This document shows, one piece after another, positions 10,787 to 23,264 of a stretch of 64,000 nucleotides of DNA. The position numbers were made by a program, and so were the translations under genes. Position 1 is the stretch's first letter. Each line of letters begins with the position of its first letter. Below the pieces are notes generated by a model. It had not been told where the DNA came from. It did not search any database and worked only from the letters and a program-made list of their open reading frames with translations. Source of the DNA: Planctomycetota bacterium (GTDB lineage Bacteria > Planctomycetota > PLA2 > JAEUHO01); NCBI GenBank assembly GCA_965223505.1, contig CBDCWP010000011.1, positions 39,077 through 103,076 of the forward strand, given 5' to 3'.

Positions 10787-10811
10787 GGTGCTTCACCTGC
10801 TCTTTGGAGAT

Positions 10812-12302
<1,491 letters not shown>

Positions 12303-12329
12303 GTCGCCCTCCGACGGTCGCGGCTTCCC

Positions 12330-13418
12330 TTAGCCGTCCTCTCCCTCTCCCTCGTCCTTCTTCTCGTCCTCGCCCTTGCCGACGGGGACGGCCATCAGGC
12401 GCTTCTTGCCGCCCGAGATGACCTCGATGAGCTTGACCTTGCCGGGCCCCGTCTCGCCGTTCGCGGGAATCTCCTCCGAGATGTCGATCTCGAGGTTCGG
12501 GATCTCGCCGTGGTCGGGCTCGGCGCCGTCCTCGGGCACCTGGCCCGAGCGCATCGCGACCTGCAGGTTCGCCTCGATCGCGCGCGCCTGGTTCAGCGCG
12601 GCTACCTCGTGCGGGTCGACGGCGATCACCATCTCCTCGATTGGCTTCGCAGTCAGGCTCGATCCGCGCAGCAGGCTGGCCTTCTGGCCGATCTCCGTGC
12701 GTTGGCGCACGGGCTGGACGACGATGCCGTCCTGCACCACGACGCGCACTTCGGCGCGCCGGCGCTTGACCCGCGGCGCCTCCACGGGCGCGCGCAGCTC
12801 GGTGTCCGCCAGCGGTGCATACGGTCCGTCGACCTCGAGCTCGGACGTGCGCCCCTTCGCGGACTTCGGCTCTTCGATCTCGACCTCGACGGTCATCACG
12901 ATGTCGAACCGGTCACCCTGGTTCAGTCCGTGCAGGCCCGGCACCTCGGCAGCGCGCAGCCGCATGGCCCGCTTGCCGGGCGGGATGCCGGCCGTAGGAC
13001 CGGGGCGGGTGCCCTTGGGATAGAACTCCGACTCCATGAAGATCTGGCCGGCTTCCTTGTCCCAGCGCATCACGCGCCCGAGGATGTCGCGCGCGCCCTT
13101 GGCGGCGCCTTCCGGCACGTCTTCGGGACGCATCCACACGACCGCGATCTGCATCGTCCGCGGGTTGAGGATGTGACCGCGCACGACGCGTTCGTAGGCC
13201 TTGACGGGCCGCACGGCCAGCGGCACCGGGATCTTCCCGCGCGTGTCGAGCTTCGGCGGACCGTCATCCTCGCCGCCCGCCAGGAAGGGCAGGTTGATGG
13301 CACCCGTGGAGTGCAAGAGAAGCGCACCTCCGACGAGACCGAGGCAGATGATGCCTACGGCGATGAGGGTCGGCCCCATGACACTGCGACGGTGAGTCAC
13401 GTATTGACGCTGATTCAT
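12330..13418 (-). CDS. cpaB: Flp pilus assembly protein CpaB/RcpC (SAF domain)
   Basis: TM helix, VPLAVRPVKAY, IPPGKRAM, LNQGDRFDI; tad context. Confidence 0.75.
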   Translation of the reverse strand: MNQRQYVTHRRSVMGPTLIAVGIICLGLVGGALLLHSTGAINLPFLAGGEDDGPPKLDTRGKIPVPLAVRPVKAYERVVRGHILNPRTMQIAVVWMRPEDVPEGAAKGARDILGRVMRWDKEAGQIFMESEFYPKGTRPGPTAGIPPGKRAMRLRAAEVPGLHGLNQGDRFDIVMTVEVEIEEPKSAKGRTSELEVDGPYAPLADTELRAPVEAPRVKRRRAEVRVVVQDGIVVQPVRQRTEIGQKASLLRGSSLTAKPIEEMVIAVDPHEVAALNQARAIEANLQVAMRSGQVPEDGAEPDHGEIPNLEIDISEEIPANGETGPGKVKLIEVISGGKKRLMAVPVGKGEDEKKDEGEGEDG

Positions 13419-13456
13419 TACTTAGCCTCCCAAGACGCCGGCTACCCGGCGCCCCT

Positions 13457-14356
13457 TCACTCGAAGACCTCCCTGCGGAAGATCATCTGCGCCGTCAAAA
13501 GCCGTCGAAACGGTCGAACGGTGTCGCCGGCAACGTACATCCGCCCCAATCCGTACTTGCCCGCATAGGGACCGGCCAACCCGCTGTCGGGGACGAAACC
13601 GTCGCCCGGTGCGGCGTTCAGTTCCGTTACCGAGCCGTCGATCGCTTGAATGCGGTTCGAGAGGTTCGGCGGACGGGGGGCGCCCGGCGGCAAGCCGGAC
13701 GACTGGTAGGCGGACATCATTGCGGCCTGGTACGGATAGTTGATGCGGATCGCGACGAGGCCGCGCTCGGGCATGGCCGCCGGAGTGGTCATGCTGAACG
13801 GGCTTGCCGCGGGAAAGTTGGGGTTCTTGATCTCTTCGATGACCGGCACCCAGCGGATCGTCTCGACGCCTTGCGCGTCACGACCCTCGACATAGGGGAT
13901 GCCGACCGTCAAGCCACTGGGTGTCGACGCGTCGGTCAGGAGCGCGCCCGGATAGCGCAGCAGGCGCCGTCCGTTGCTGCTGTCGAAAATCATCAGCGGA
14001 CGAAGCATCTTGTTCAGCACCGGCAGTTGGTCGTTGAACTGCTGCAGCGTGAGGCCGCCGGGAATGTTGTCGAGATCGATGACCAGGTGATCGGGGTCGT
14101 AGACCCGCGCGCGCACCTTGGGATCGGCCAGCGCCTGCTCGAACGTCATGTCGGGCGGCAGGGGGATCACCGCGATCTCGCGTGCGCTCGCCCGCGCCGC
14201 GTCCTGCACGGCCTGGGCGGTGAAGAACAGACGGCCGAAGTCGACCGTCACCGCGATGATCAGGTACATCAGGAGTGCAATGAAGCCGAACTCGACGAGC
14301 ACCGCACCGCGCTCGCGAATCGAGCGGTGGGGGGTGGCGGGCTTTGCAGGTGCCAT
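13457..14356 (-). CDS. tadE: TadE-like pseudopilin
   Basis: RERG|AVLVEFGFIALL prepilin motif; DFGRLF...AARASARE. Confidence 0.8.
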   Translation of the reverse strand: MAPAKPATPHRSIRERGAVLVEFGFIALLMYLIIAVTVDFGRLFFTAQAVQDAARASAREIAVIPLPPDMTFEQALADPKVRARVYDPDHLVIDLDNIPGGLTLQQFNDQLPVLNKMLRPLMIFDSSNGRRLLRYPGALLTDASTPSGLTVGIPYVEGRDAQGVETIRWVPVIEEIKNPNFPAASPFSMTTPAAMPERGLVAIRINYPYQAAMMSAYQSSGLPPGAPRPPNLSNRIQAIDGSVTELNAAPGDGFVPDSGLAGPYAGKYGLGRMYVAGDTVRPFRRLLTAQMIFRREVFE

Positions 14357-14391
14357 GGCGCCTCCGAATCTGCCGGCCCTGTCACCTACCT

Positions 14392-14808
14392 TCACACAAG
14401 GATAGCCAAAAGGTACCCGATAGCGACGGCAGGCCCGTATGCGATCTCTGTCTGTTTCGGTCGCCGTAGCAGGGTCCATACGGCGATCACGCCGCCGATC
14501 GCCGCCATCCAAGGCAGCGTGGCGAGTAGCCCGACCGGCCCGAGGACCGCTCCCAGGCCGGCGAGCAGCTTGCCGTCGCCTCCGCCCATCCAGCCCATGC
14601 TGAACATGGCGAAGCCGATGGCCAGTCCGAGGCCGAGTCCCAGCATCGCGCTCACCCACTCGGGTTCCTGGAATCCCACGACCCGTGAAACCACGGCCCA
14701 GAGGATCAGGAGGAGGGGGAATGCGTCCGGGATTCGACGCAAGACCACGTCGATGCCCGCCGCGATGGCGAGCAGGACGGCCGGGACCCAGAGTGCGACC
14801 GGTATCAC
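14392..14808 (-). CDS. cpaA: prepilin peptidase A24 (CpaA/TadV)
   Basis: D..LRRIPD and MGGGDGKLLAGLG motifs. Confidence 0.85.
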   Translation of the reverse strand: MIPVALWVPAVLLAIAAGIDVVLRRIPDAFPLLLILWAVVSRVVGFQEPEWVSAMLGLGLGLAIGFAMFSMGWMGGGDGKLLAGLGAVLGPVGLLATLPWMAAIGGVIAVWTLLRRPKQTEIAYGPAVAIGYLLAILV

Positions 14809-14924
14809 CCGTCCGCGTCTCCGAATCGCTCCGCATACAGACCGACACCTCCCCGCGTCGAGACACGAGGAGGTGCCGGCTGAGCGGTAAGGCTCGATTG
14901 CCTACCGACCGTCACGCCCAGCGA

Positions 14925-15275
14925 CTACGGGGTCGTCGGGACGACGAGCGTCGGAAGCTGTGTCGGGTCGTAGCCCAGGTTGTTACCGAGACGCTCGGTA
15001 CCGCTGTTGTTGACGATCTGCTCGACGTCGACGGCGGTGGCGCCGTTGACGAGATCGTTCTGCGTCTCGACGAGGCGGCCGGAGCTGATCTCGTCGTTGT
15101 CGTCGGCTGCAACGCCCGGGATGATCGCGGCCGAGGTTCCGATCAGGTCACTGGTCTTGTGTCCAAGAATCGAAACGGCGGCGATGCCCACGATGGCGAT
15201 GCCGGCGACGAGCAGGGCGTACTCGACCAGAGCGGCGCCCTTCTTGTTGCGAAGGAAATTACGAATGCGATTCAT
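14925..15275 (-). CDS. flp: Flp family type IVc pilin with C-terminal extension
   Basis: FLRNKKG|AALVEYALLVAGIA Flp motif; GGAGG RBS. Confidence 0.9.
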   Translation of the reverse strand: MNRIRNFLRNKKGAALVEYALLVAGIAIVGIAAVSILGHKTSDLIGTSAAIIPGVAADDNDEISSGRLVETQNDLVNGATAVDVEQIVNNSGTERLGNNLGYDPTQLPTLVVPTTP

Positions 15276-15534
15276 CTAACTGGCCTCCAGGGGCTATCTG
15301 AGAAACTTGGGGGGGCAGGAAGTATGGCACAAAGGCCATTCTCGGCAACCCACTAGGATCCCCACGTCCATGTTTCTCGACGTTGGGTGGCGTCGGCCTC
15401 GGCAAGCCCGCCAATCAGGCCGCGGAGACCAAATGCAGGTCCTCGCCGGCTCAAATGGGACTTACAGGGCACGACGCATCGGCCAAGTCGGCCAATCCCG
15501 TCGGTGGCAGGGGGTGGGGGGGGTGCCGGGTCCC

Positions 15535-17445
15535 TTATCGGCCGCCGCAGGGGTTCGGCAGTAGCTCTTCTAGGGTCGGGAATGCCCACATCCGAGCGCG
15601 GTTGGTCGGCTTGCGGACGACGACGGGGTGAACCAGCACGACAAGCTGGAATTCATCGCCCTGGCGCTCGTATCCGCTGAAGAGCCCGCCCACGACCGGC
15701 GTGTCCGACAGGCCCGGCGTGGAGGAGTCCGTTGAGGTGATGTTTCGTGTGATCAGGCCGCCCACGAGCAGCGCCTGGCCGTCGTTCAGCTTCGCCGTCG
15801 TCTGCAGCGAACGCGTACGGAACGCGACGGTCTGCTGCGCCTGGCCGGTGCTCTGGCGGATGCCCGCCGTCAGTTGGGCGTCCGGGAGGCTGATCTGCGG
15901 GGCCAGGTCCAGCGTCACCGAGCCCGTCTCGTCCACGAGAGGCCGGACCGTGAGCTGAACGCCGAACGGCCGGAACACGACCGAGTTGAAGACCCCGCCG
16001 GTCGCAACGTTCGCGGCGCTGGCGAACGACTGCGGGACCGGGATCTCTCCACCCACCTGGAAGAACGCCTGTTCACCGGAGAGCACGGTCAGCGACGGGC
16101 GCGACAGGGAGCGCGAGAATCCGCGCTGCTCGAGCATGCTCAGCAGCGAGTCGAGGGCGAAGTAGTCGGTGCTCACCTGGAACTGGTTGGAGAGGGTGCC
16201 CGACAGGAAGCTCAGGACGTTCTGGACGTCGGGGTTCGGCGGCGGGCCGCCGACGCGCCGGGCCGAGGGGCCCTGCAGGGCCGTCGCCGCGTTCGCCGGG
16301 TTGAGCCCGCCGACGGCTTCGTCGGCGCCGATGATGCCGAGCTCCGAGTTGTGGGAGCGCAGGCGGGTCGTGTTGACCTCGTAGAGGCGGATCGCGACCC
16401 GCACCTGCGGCAGGTCCGTGACCTGGATGAACGAGAGGATCCGGCCCTGCGCGGCCTCGATCACCTTGGCGCGGCCCACGTTCGACTCGACGAGGTTGCG
16501 AAGCGCGCGGCTGGACGAGCCGCCGCCGCCGAACAGCTGCGAGATCTGGCCGCCCGAGATCACCGAGCGCGAGCCGGCCGTGCCGCCGGTGCCCGTGTCG
16601 GTGAGCGCGCCGGACTCGTCCGCGCGCACGCGAATATCGTCGCCGCGTCCCGCACCCAGCATGCTCTGGGCGAGGCTGAGGATGCGAATCAGCTCGGTCT
16701 GCGTGCCGACCTCGCCCCGGAGGACGAACACGTCCTCTTCGTCGTTGGCGAGCCGGCCGCGGACCATGCGGGTCACGGTGACCTTGCCGTTGCCCATGCG
16801 CTGGATGACGTCCTGGATGCGGTCCTCGAGCCGGCCCGGAAGGGACTCGACGCGAATGAGGTTGATGACGGCGGCGGATGCCTGCACGGCATCCGTGTCC
16901 TCGACGGCCGTCGGCGGCGCCTGTGCGGTCGGGTCGTCCGGCTCGGTCCCGGGCGCCCGGACGGCGGAGCGCGCCGCACGGCGGCCGCCGCGGCGGGCGT
17001 CGAGGTAGCGCTGCGCCATCTCTTCCGCGGCGTTGGCGTAGGAGACCTCCGGGACGACGCCGCGGAGCACGACGGCGTCACGGTCGGGGGCGGAGCGCAC
17101 CACGATCGAGGGGTGGACCTCCCGCAGGGCTTCCTCGAGGAGGGAGAGGTCGCGACGGACGTGGAAGAGATACGACTGCGTCGAGCCGTCCGTGAACCAC
17201 ACCATGACGGTCGTGCGACCGAGCGAGCGGCCCAGCACCAGGCCCTCGCGGGCGCTCAGGAGCTGGAAGGTGACGATCTCCTCCTCGGCCACCGCGGTGC
17301 GCTCGACGTCCTTCTCGAAGCCCAGCCGGACGTGGGTCGCGATGAGAAGGTCCTGCGACGGCGGATCCTCGGCTAGCGCGGCCGGAAGGCCCGCCATCGC
17401 GAAGAGTCCGAGAACCAAGAGCCAGTGGAATCGCATCAGCCGCAT
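15535..17445 (-). CDS. cpaC: Tad secretin CpaC/RcpA
   Basis: Signal peptide; GRSLGRTTVMVW; PQVRVAIRLYEV; LSRPSLTVLSGEQAFFQVGGEIPVP; FRPFGVQL; TPGLSDTPVVGGLF. Confidence 0.9.
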   Translation of the reverse strand: MRLMRFHWLLVLGLFAMAGLPAALAEDPPSQDLLIATHVRLGFEKDVERTAVAEEEIVTFQLLSAREGLVLGRSLGRTTVMVWFTDGSTQSYLFHVRRDLSLLEEALREVHPSIVVRSAPDRDAVVLRGVVPEVSYANAAEEMAQRYLDARRGGRRAARSAVRAPGTEPDDPTAQAPPTAVEDTDAVQASAAVINLIRVESLPGRLEDRIQDVIQRMGNGKVTVTRMVRGRLANDEEDVFVLRGEVGTQTELIRILSLAQSMLGAGRGDDIRVRADESGALTDTGTGGTAGSRSVISGGQISQLFGGGGSSSRALRNLVESNVGRAKVIEAAQGRILSFIQVTDLPQVRVAIRLYEVNTTRLRSHNSELGIIGADEAVGGLNPANAATALQGPSARRVGGPPPNPDVQNVLSFLSGTLSNQFQVSTDYFALDSLLSMLEQRGFSRSLSRPSLTVLSGEQAFFQVGGEIPVPQSFASAANVATGGVFNSVVFRPFGVQLTVRPLVDETGSVTLDLAPQISLPDAQLTAGIRQSTGQAQQTVAFRTRSLQTTAKLNDGQALLVGGLITRNITSTDSSTPGLSDTPVVGGLFSGYERQGDEFQLVVLVHPVVVRKPTNRARMWAFPTLEELLPNPCGGR

Positions 17446-17611
17446 GGCAGTCTCCTTGCGTACCCGTGCCACGAACGGGCCGCGGGCGGAAGAGTATCCC
17501 TGGATGGTCACCGCTTCGTCGCGTGTCAGGCAGAATTCGCCCTGGGCGCAAGCATCTGGCGGGCGCGGCGGATCCGCGCTACCGTGGACGTGACCTGGGA
17601 GGAGCCCACAC

Positions 17612-17818
17612 ATGCGTCTTGCACGTGTCCTATTCATCGTCGTCCTCTGCGCCGTCGGCGTAGGGCTGCTTTCCGGCTGTTGCGGCCGCACCTCGATGGC
17701 CGGCTGCCGGGCGCCGAGCCCCTGCTGCTTCGACCCCTGCCGTTGGTGGGAAGCCTGCCCGACGGACGACTGCGCGCCCATCGGCGACCCCTGCGACTGC
17801 TGCGACTCGGCCGGCTAG
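17612..17818 (+). CDS. small cysteine-rich lipoprotein
   Basis: GGAGGAG RBS, lipobox LLSGC, 12 Cys in 68 aa. Confidence 0.65.
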   Translation: MRLARVLFIVVLCAVGVGLLSGCCGRTSMAGCRAPSPCCFDPCRWWEACPTDDCAPIGDPCDCCDSAG

Positions 17819-18154
17819 ACACCGGCTCGAGCCCGCGCCTGCTCACGACTCATGAATCCGCGGGTGGAGGGTCCGTCCGCGGCCCGGCCGACGTCCGATA
17901 GGGGCTCGCTGGGGGGGCCGGCCATGGAGACAGCCATGGACAGCCCGAATCGAAGCCGCCTGCGGATCACACCCGGCGACCAGACGCGCCACGAATCCGC
18001 CTCGCGCCTGGAGCGCGCGCGCTGCTCGAGCAGCGCCTCCAGAAAGGCATTATCGCGGTCTCTGCAGCGAAGGGTTCAGGTTGAGTGCCGATTGTGTCGA
18101 TGAGGGTTCGGCGGCATTGGATCCCCGGGGTGTGGGGACGCGGCGGAGCACTGC

Positions 18155-19612
18155 ATGTACACGGCCCCTCTGGCGCGCGCGAGCGCGTTTCTCGTATTCA
18201 TGGTGTTCGTATCGACGCTGGGTTCCGCGCGGGCCGACCTCAACGGCGACGGTCTCGACGATCCCGTCATCGCCACATCCGGAGTGGACCGCGTCTGCTT
18301 GAGCGACGGCGTAGGCGGCTTCAGCAGCTGCGCCGGCGTCGACGCTGCCCACTTCAGCTGGGGCGTCGCGCTCGGTGACGTCGATGGCGACGACAACCTC
18401 GATGCCGTTTTCGCCACGACGACAGGACAGCGCAACCGCGTCTGCCTCGGCGACGGTGCGGGTGGCTTCGGCGCGTGCACCGACGTCGACCCGGCGAGCG
18501 TCGCTTGGATCAGCTACGACGTCGACCTCGGCGACATGAACAACGACGGCCACCTCGACGCGGTCTTCGTGGGCGTGCGCAACGCCGTCGGCAACGGCAA
18601 CCTCGTCTGTCTCGGCGACGGCGCCGGGGGATTCACCTGCAGCACGTTCGACGTCGTCCCGGGCGCGTTCTTCGAAGTCAATCGCGGCGTGGCGCTGGGC
18701 GACATGAACAACGACGGCAACCTCGACGCCGTGGTCGCGACGTTGCTCGGCTCCTCGCGCACCTGGCTGTGCCTCGGTGACGGCGCCGGCGGCTTCTCGT
18801 CGTGCACGGGCATCGATACCGCGACGAACGCCGCCTACGGCGTCGCCGTCGGCGACATGAACAACGACGGCAACCTCGACGCCGTCGTGGCGACCTCTTC
18901 GACCAACCGACTCTGCCTCGGCGACGGCGCCGGCGCATTCACGTGCAGCAACATCGACGCGACGGAGGTGACGATGAACTGGGACGTCGCCGTAGGCGAC
19001 GTCGACGCGGACGGCAACCTCGACGTGCTCTTTGCCAGCAACATCTCGACGAGGAACAACCGCGTGTGTCTGGGCGACGGCGCCGGCGGCTTCGCCTGCG
19101 GCGACATCGACAACATGGGCGGCACGAGCTACTCGGTGGCCGTCGGACACTTGGACGGTGACGGCAACCTCGACGCCGTGTTCACGGGCAACGCCAGCTT
19201 CTTCTCGAACGGCAATCGCGTGTGCCTGGGCGACGGCGCGGGCGGGTTCACGACGAGCACGTTCCGATTCGATCCGCTGAGCGCGTCGGAGTCCGGCTTC
19301 GCAGTTGCACTGCCGAGGAGGGCTTACGCGGAGGAAGCGACGAAGACGCCGGTCGAGATGCTCGAGTGCCTCATGGCCGACGTAGAGGACATCGGTCTGG
19401 CCAAGGGCATCGCGACCAGCCTGCTCTCGAAGCTCGAGAACGCCCTCGCCAAGCTCGAGAACGACAACCCGAAGGACGACGGCGCCGCTGCGAACCAGGT
19501 GGAGGCCTTCGTCAACCAGGTCGAGGCGCTGAGCGGCAAGAAGATGGACGCCGGTGACGCCGACGACCTGACCGACGCGGCGAACGCCCTTCTCGACGCG
19601 CTCGACGCGTAG
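18155..19612 (+). CDS. secreted FG-GAP/VCBS-repeat beta-propeller with helical C-terminal (FIMAH-like) domain
   Basis: Signal peptide; seven DxxxDGxLD-type Ca-binding repeats, each followed by a CL(G/S)DGxGxF motif. Confidence 0.85.
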   Translation: MYTAPLARASAFLVFMVFVSTLGSARADLNGDGLDDPVIATSGVDRVCLSDGVGGFSSCAGVDAAHFSWGVALGDVDGDDNLDAVFATTTGQRNRVCLGDGAGGFGACTDVDPASVAWISYDVDLGDMNNDGHLDAVFVGVRNAVGNGNLVCLGDGAGGFTCSTFDVVPGAFFEVNRGVALGDMNNDGNLDAVVATLLGSSRTWLCLGDGAGGFSSCTGIDTATNAAYGVAVGDMNNDGNLDAVVATSSTNRLCLGDGAGAFTCSNIDATEVTMNWDVAVGDVDADGNLDVLFASNISTRNNRVCLGDGAGGFACGDIDNMGGTSYSVAVGHLDGDGNLDAVFTGNASFFSNGNRVCLGDGAGGFTTSTFRFDPLSASESGFAVALPRRAYAEEATKTPVEMLECLMADVEDIGLAKGIATSLLSKLENALAKLENDNPKDDGAAANQVEAFVNQVEALSGKKMDAGDADDLTDAANALLDALDA

Positions 19613-19749
19613 GCCCGCCTTCTGCGAGTCGGCCCGGGGCCGCGTCCATCGAGGGCGTGGACCGGGATCGCGATGGTGCCGGTAGGCCCGAGTCCCTACC
19701 ATGGTTGCCGAGCTGCAATACGCTCGGCAATGATGGTTCGGGGACGCAA

Positions 19750-22700
19750 ATGACCTGGTTGCGCGTGAGGGTCGCGAAACGAGCCGTCTTGGTGGCCGCC
19801 CTCGGATGGTTGCTGTCGCTGCCCGCCGCATGCGGAACGCAAGGTGGAGGTGGCGTCACCGTCATCCAGCTCGCCGGCGGTGTCATCCGGCCGAGCCGCG
19901 TGGCGTACGACGTGACCGGCGACGCAGCGGCGTTCCTGCCCCGGGACGATGCGGACGTACCGATGCACGTCGACCTGCGGCTGGACGGTGTGATCCCGCC
20001 CGTAAAGAACCAGGCGCTGAACAGCTGCGTCGGTTGGGCGCTCGGCTACTACCTCATGACGGCAATCGAAGCGCGGCGCCTGCGAGCCGGCGGCTTCTGG
20101 CTCGACATGTGCGATCCGGAGAACTGGTTCTCGCCCGACTTCATCTACAGCCAGCGGGACACCCTCGCGCAACGCCAGAACGTCATCGACGAGCGCGCGG
20201 CCGCGGAGGACCCGATCTCCCAGCCCATCTGCTTCGAGAGCGACAACGAGATCGGGTGCATGCGTCCGGAGCGTGCGCTCGCCGCATTGATGGAACACGG
20301 CTGCTGTCGGTGGACGTGGCTGCGCACCGCCGACGGGGACCCGGCGTTTCCGTGTACCGACGGAGCGCGCGTCGACGAGGCACCGAACAGCCGCAGCCCG
20401 TGGCAGTTCACGACGCAGGGCTCCGGCGCCTTCCGTCCTCGGTGTTTCGTGCGCTTCGGTGCATTGGACGAGCTCAGGCAAGGAGCGGTCCAGAGCATGC
20501 AGGCGTGGCTGCATCGCGAGGGAACGCCGATTGCGATCGTCGTCGACATGAAGTCGGGCTGGGTCCAGTTTCGCGGGGAGAACCCCATCGAGGTCGTCCG
20601 GACCGATGCCTGCGGTCGAGACCGTCTCGAGATGCGTCCCGTTTGCTTGAACGCGGGCGGTATCGACCTCGGCAGTCAGCACATGATGACGATCATCGGG
20701 TACGACAAGGGCTTTCCCGGCAAGGAACACTACGACCGCGAGCTCGAAGGGTGCGAGGGTTCCTTTCTCGTCGTCAACCAGTGGGGAGAGAAGTGGGGCG
20801 ACGAGGGGTACATGTGGATCCCGTGCGCCGAGCTTGCCGACATCTGGGTCGGAGGGTACGGCATCCTCCCGGGCAAGGACATCGTCGTCGGGTTCGGTTC
20901 GGCGCCTCCGTTGCGCGATTTCATTTGCGTGCCGGACGACGACGGCAAGTACCTCAACGTGTCCGCCGACGAGAACGACGTGCCGGCGAATCTGTTGACC
21001 GCCTGCGAAATCCTCGCGCTGGATGACGCGCGCAGAGGAAACACCGCCACCGCGCAGTGCGGCGACTTCCTGACGCCGGAGCAACGGGTCGCGTGGCAGG
21101 CCGCGTGCGACGTGCAGGGCGACGTGCCGCGGCTCTACAGCCGTGTGACCGCGTGCCGCCTGGACCTGCCGCCCACTGGTGACGCCGTCGGGCTGGTCTA
21201 CGGGCCGGCGGACGTCGGGGGAAACAACGCGACGACGGGGGATCGCTACGACTCGGCCGACTGGTACTTCTTCGACGTCCCGAATGGCGCCGGTCCGCTC
21301 TGCGTCGAGATTGCGATCGCTCCGTGGCTCTCCGCGGGCGGCGTGCCCGACGACATCGAGGTGCTCATCACCGACGACCGCTACGTCGACGTCGGCGCAC
21401 CGCTCGAGCAGGGCCGCGGTGCGAAGGCCACCGTCTCCGGTCCGGGGCGCTTCTTCGTGAAGGTCCATTCGACACAGCTCGACGAGCGAGAGGGCGCGTT
21501 CCAATACGGGCTGCGCACCACCGTGTCGGATGGCGCCTGCACCGGCATCGGTGGACCTCCGGCGCCGCCGGCGTGCGTCGTCGGCGATGCGGTCCCCGTT
21601 TCCCTCGACGCTTCGTCGGTCATTGACCGACTGTATCGCGTGCCGAGTGTGCCGGCGGGCGCCGATCTCCGCGTCGTCCTGTCGAACGTGACCGGCGCGA
21701 CGCCACGGGTCCAACTGGTGGTCGCGGTGTTCCAGAAGTTCACGCTCGTCAAAGATCCGTCCTTCGTGTTGACCGGTGACGACCTGACCGCGTTCTGTGG
21801 CACCCCTCTCGTCGACTGCAAGGACGAGTTCTGGTTCCGAGAGGCGAAAGCCAGGGTCCTCGGCGCCGAAGGAGGCGAGCTCGGCGTGACGCTCTCCACG
21901 GCGCTCGGGCGTGGCGCCTACCTGGGCGGGCGAAACACTCGCGGGCTCGACTTCAGCGGGCACTTCCCGCCGATCACCCAGGAACTCAGCACGGACTTCG
22001 AGGTCTATGTCGGTGTGCGCAACCTGACGTCCGGGGCCGTCGACTGCGATATTCACGTCGAGGCCTGCGCCGCGGGCACCCAGGGCCTGACGCCGGAGCC
22101 GGCGCCGCCCGGTCATCCCGGCGGCGGGCCGACGTTGTTTCCGTTGCGCAGCCGTGTGGAGTGGGAGGCGTACGGGCGTCGTCACGTAGAGGTGCGGCTC
22201 AGCGAGTTCTGCGGATCGCCGCAGCTGCTCCTGAGAGACGCGGCCGGGACCGTGCTCAACGACGCGCCGGGGTTCGAGGTGACGGATGCATTGGATGCCC
22301 CGGGCGTGTTGACCAAGAGGGTGAGTGTTCCGGAGACGTTCGTCGAAGACGTCTGGTTCGAGGTCGTGGACCCCGCCGGCGCCGACGGCGTGCCGACTTC
22401 ATACACTCTGCGCATGTTTCGCAAGGCGTCACTGGGCGTCTGGCCCCTCGTGCAGGACGTCGATGCGGAGCGCGACGGGAACGGCGCGCCCAGTAGGGCG
22501 GTCGAGACCAAGCTCAGCGACGCCTTGAGTAGACCGTTGACGGGATCGCTCGCCTACGAGGACTACTTCGACTTCCACACGTTGATCAACGACACGGACG
22601 CTCCGCAGAAGATCACGATCGAGCTGCGACGAACGGACAGCTCGTTCTCGATCAATCCGTTCATCTTCGGCTCGCACTGGTCGGCGACGCCACCTGAGGA

Positions 22701-22911
22701 CCCACATGAGCAGGTGGCCTCGGAGTTCTTCTGCGCGCCCTGCGCCCACGCGACGAACACGACGGGCAACCCGTATCTCGGCAGGGTTCAATTCGACCTC
22801 GGGCCCGGCGAGGCCCGCATGATCAAGATGCAGTTCTGGCAGATCGCGCTCCAGTTCACGTTGTTCGATCCCATCGACTACGAGATGAAGGTCTTCGCTT
22901 TGCCGCAGTAG
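19750..22911 (+). CDS. C1 (papain-like) cysteine peptidase lipoprotein with C-terminal beta-sandwich domains
   Basis: Lipobox [16 protein letters not shown] (Q, C), [11 protein letters not shown] (H), [17 protein letters not shown] (N). Confidence 0.85.
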   Translation: MTWLRVRVAKRAVLVAALGWLLSLPAACGTQGGGGVTVIQLAGGVIRPSRVAYDVTGDAAAFLPRDDADVPMHVDLRLDGVIPPVKNQALNSCVGWALGYYLMTAIEARRLRAGGFWLDMCDPENWFSPDFIYSQRDTLAQRQNVIDERAAAEDPISQPICFESDNEIGCMRPERALAALMEHGCCRWTWLRTADGDPAFPCTDGARVDEAPNSRSPWQFTTQGSGAFRPRCFVRFGALDELRQGAVQSMQAWLHREGTPIAIVVDMKSGWVQFRGENPIEVVRTDACGRDRLEMRPVCLNAGGIDLGSQHMMTIIGYDKGFPGKEHYDRELEGCEGSFLVVNQWGEKWGDEGYMWIPCAELADIWVGGYGILPGKDIVVGFGSAPPLRDFICVPDDDGKYLNVSADENDVPANLLTACEILALDDARRGNTATAQCGDFLTPEQRVAWQAACDVQGDVPRLYSRVTACRLDLPPTGDAVGLVYGPADVGGNNATTGDRYDSADWYFFDVPNGAGPLCVEIAIAPWLSAGGVPDDIEVLITDDRYVDVGAPLEQGRGAKATVSGPGRFFVKVHSTQLDEREGAFQYGLRTTVSDGACTGIGGPPAPPACVVGDAVPVSLDASSVIDRLYRVPSVPAGADLRVVLSNVTGATPRVQLVVAVFQKFTLVKDPSFVLTGDDLTAFCGTPLVDCKDEFWFREAKARVLGAEGGELGVTLSTALGRGAYLGGRNTRGLDFSGHFPPITQELSTDFEVYVGVRNLTSGAVDCDIHVEACAAGTQGLTPEPAPPGHPGGGPTLFPLRSRVEWEAYGRRHVEVRLSEFCGSPQLLLRDAAGTVLNDAPGFEVTDALDAPGVLTKRVSVPETFVEDVWFEVVDPAGADGVPTSYTLRMFRKASLGVWPLVQDVDAERDGNGAPSRAVETKLSDALSRPLTGSLAYEDYFDFHTLINDTDAPQKITIELRRTDSSFSINPFIFGSHWSATPPEDPHEQVASEFFCAPCAHATNTTGNPYLGRVQFDLGPGEARMIKMQFWQIALQFTLFDPIDYEMKVFALPQ

Positions 22912-23062
22912 CGAGCCTGCGCAGCCGTCGCGGCCGCTCGGTTCACGTGGCGGCTCCTCGCGCGGTGCGGTCGCGCCTCGCGTTTGTCCAGGTTTCGCGC
23001 GCCAATCGGCGGCGGTCGCACCGCAGATCGCTAGCCTCGGGCTTTCAAGGAAAGGGGGCCCC

Positions 23063-23227
23063 ATGCTCCGTTGGGCGATCATATTTCTCATCATCGCGGT
23101 CATCGCCGCCGTGCTCGGCTTCGGCGGCATCGCAGGCGCGGCGGCCGGCATCGCGAAGATCCTCTTCTTCGTCTTCCTCGTCGTCTTCGTGATCCTGCTG
23201 ATCCAGGGGCGCGCGCGCGTGCCGTAG
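23063..23227 (+). CDS. DUF1328 (UPF0391/YtjA-like) small membrane protein
   Basis: [40 protein letters not shown]; not in the ORF track. Confidence 0.9.
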   Translation: MLRWAIIFLIIAVIAAVLGFGGIAGAAAGIAKILFFVFLVVFVILLIQGRARVP

Positions 23228-23264
23228 CGTCCGTCTCCGGGCGCCGTCCTATACTCGCGCGCCC

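Noticed and set aside
15276..15534. sigma-54 promoter for flp
   Set aside because: The TGGC...TTGC candidates I checked lack the GG-N10-GC spacing on the correct strand.
18230..19260. DNA repeat array (GGCGACGGCGCCGGCGGCTTC...)
   Set aside because: Explained by coding FG-GAP repeats; the same applies to the WD40 and lactonase repeats at 38.2-42.4 kb.
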